A DNA stretch of 63,947 nucleotides, the filler included, from Phoronis australis (Eukaryota; Animalia; Phoronida): NCBI GenBank assembly GCA_002633005.1. It is 8 parts of 8 records of this genome, joined end to end, with 100 filler letters (N's around TTAATTAATTAA, not from the genome) between each part and the next. Parts side by side here need not be neighbours in the genome. Positions count along the whole stretch, not along the records: positions 62,811 to 63,947 come from NMRA01002087.1; 7 more parts are not named here. One strand, given 5' to 3'. The position numbers and the translations under genes are program-made. Every line of letters starts with the position of its first letter. Within the stretch, counting starts at the first letter, position 1. Under the pieces are notes generated by a model. The model was given only the letters and a program-made list of their open reading frames with translations. It ran no database searches and was not told where the DNA came from. Shown one piece after another: positions 62,901 to 63,947 of the stretch.

Positions 62901-63947
62901 TTGGAGTTTTGCGTTTTCTCATTGGGTTCATTTTTGGACTCTTGCGAACGTTAGTTAGTTTGCGTTTGCGAGAAGACAACACGTGTTCTCTCGCGAACGT
63001 GACCCCGTTCGCGAGAACAACGCCGGTCCTCTCGCGAACGTGAGTTCATTGGCGGACATCTTGGATCGAGGAAAAACGCTCGGGAGGCGAACATAATTTG
63101 TCGCGTATCTTCTCAAATGTTGTAGATTTCACGAAAAAGTGTGAGTAGAGTGGCGCGCGTGATCCATAAGAGTGGGTAATTGTATATTGCGACACTTCAT
63201 TTTATTTTTTAAGTATTCCTGACAGAATTTGAAATGGGACCAACTTATCCGACTATTACCGTGAGTTTACATATGCATGGTTTGCAGCAGTGCACGACAG
63301 TTAATCGATGTCAATGTCAGTTTCGATGTCCAAGATTTCCAGCTCAATTCCAAAAAGGCAAAATCATGAACACAATTATGATCAGGTAATTTTGCTTGAT
63401 TGTAGTTTAGTAGAAAGAAATTTCTAACCTGAAACTAAGCTTGAACAAGTGGGAAATTTTAGAAACTCCGATTCATCTTCACACTTCCTTTTTCGTTAAC
63501 GTTTTAACCATCAGGTGTCGCACAAGTACAATTTCCGTTCTCTTGTTTCTGGCGCTAAAAAAGTTGAAGCACTTGAATGAGTGTAAACTGAAAACACTCA
63601 CTGAACAGTAAAACTGGTAAGGATGACTGATATCTAAACTAAATTGCTAAATTCAGAGCGGAAAGTGGTATGGTTGCTGTGCCTAGGAAATATGACCAGA
63701 TGACTCACGACTGAGTATTCATTCCCCTTTTCTAAAAGTGCATGGGTACAGTTATATAGTCCGATTACCTCTCGTCGTCAGTCTTCTAAGGTCGTCCGCC
63801 ATCTTGTTTCGCGTGCAGCGCTGCCACGCGGGACTTACCGTTACAATTTGGAACGCTCGTCTGCACGTTCGGTACTAACCTCTCGGGAGAAACACGCGTG
63901 GAAGAACTGAGACTAAAATTAATGCATTTGCCGACTGTTTTTTTGAG

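Overview
Eukaryotic, AT-rich, intron- and repeat-rich genomic DNA, most likely from a marine invertebrate (inference). It contains seven 100-bp scaffold gaps carrying an artificial TTAATTAATTAA linker. Host genes are all on the minus strand and all partial: (1) the 3' four exons of a divergent ornithine decarboxylase/antizyme-inhibitor-like gene (21302->2182); (2) three 3' exons of a classical SDR oxidoreductase (34724->31867); (3) five exons of a CD36/SCARB (LIMP-2-like) scavenger receptor (53332->48451); (4) a doubly frameshifted vWA-domain exon (56068->55507). Mobile DNA includes a Gmr1-like Ty3/Gypsy LTR element lacking its integrase (27054-31315, TSD ACTAC, tRNA-Arg PBS), a solo LTR (8384-9280, TSD ATAAC), a nested Gypsy-integrase/DNA-transposon cluster, a pogo-like remnant with OTU-like and PHD domains, LINE fragments, MITEs, tRNA-derived SINE heads and a 31-bp minisatellite. 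The most notable signals are an Hsp70-like cluster of perfect heat-shock elements upstream of a TATA box in the LTRs (HSEs also in the solo LTR), the OTU+PHD cargo in a pogo-like element, and the AZIN-like substitutions in the ODC homolog.
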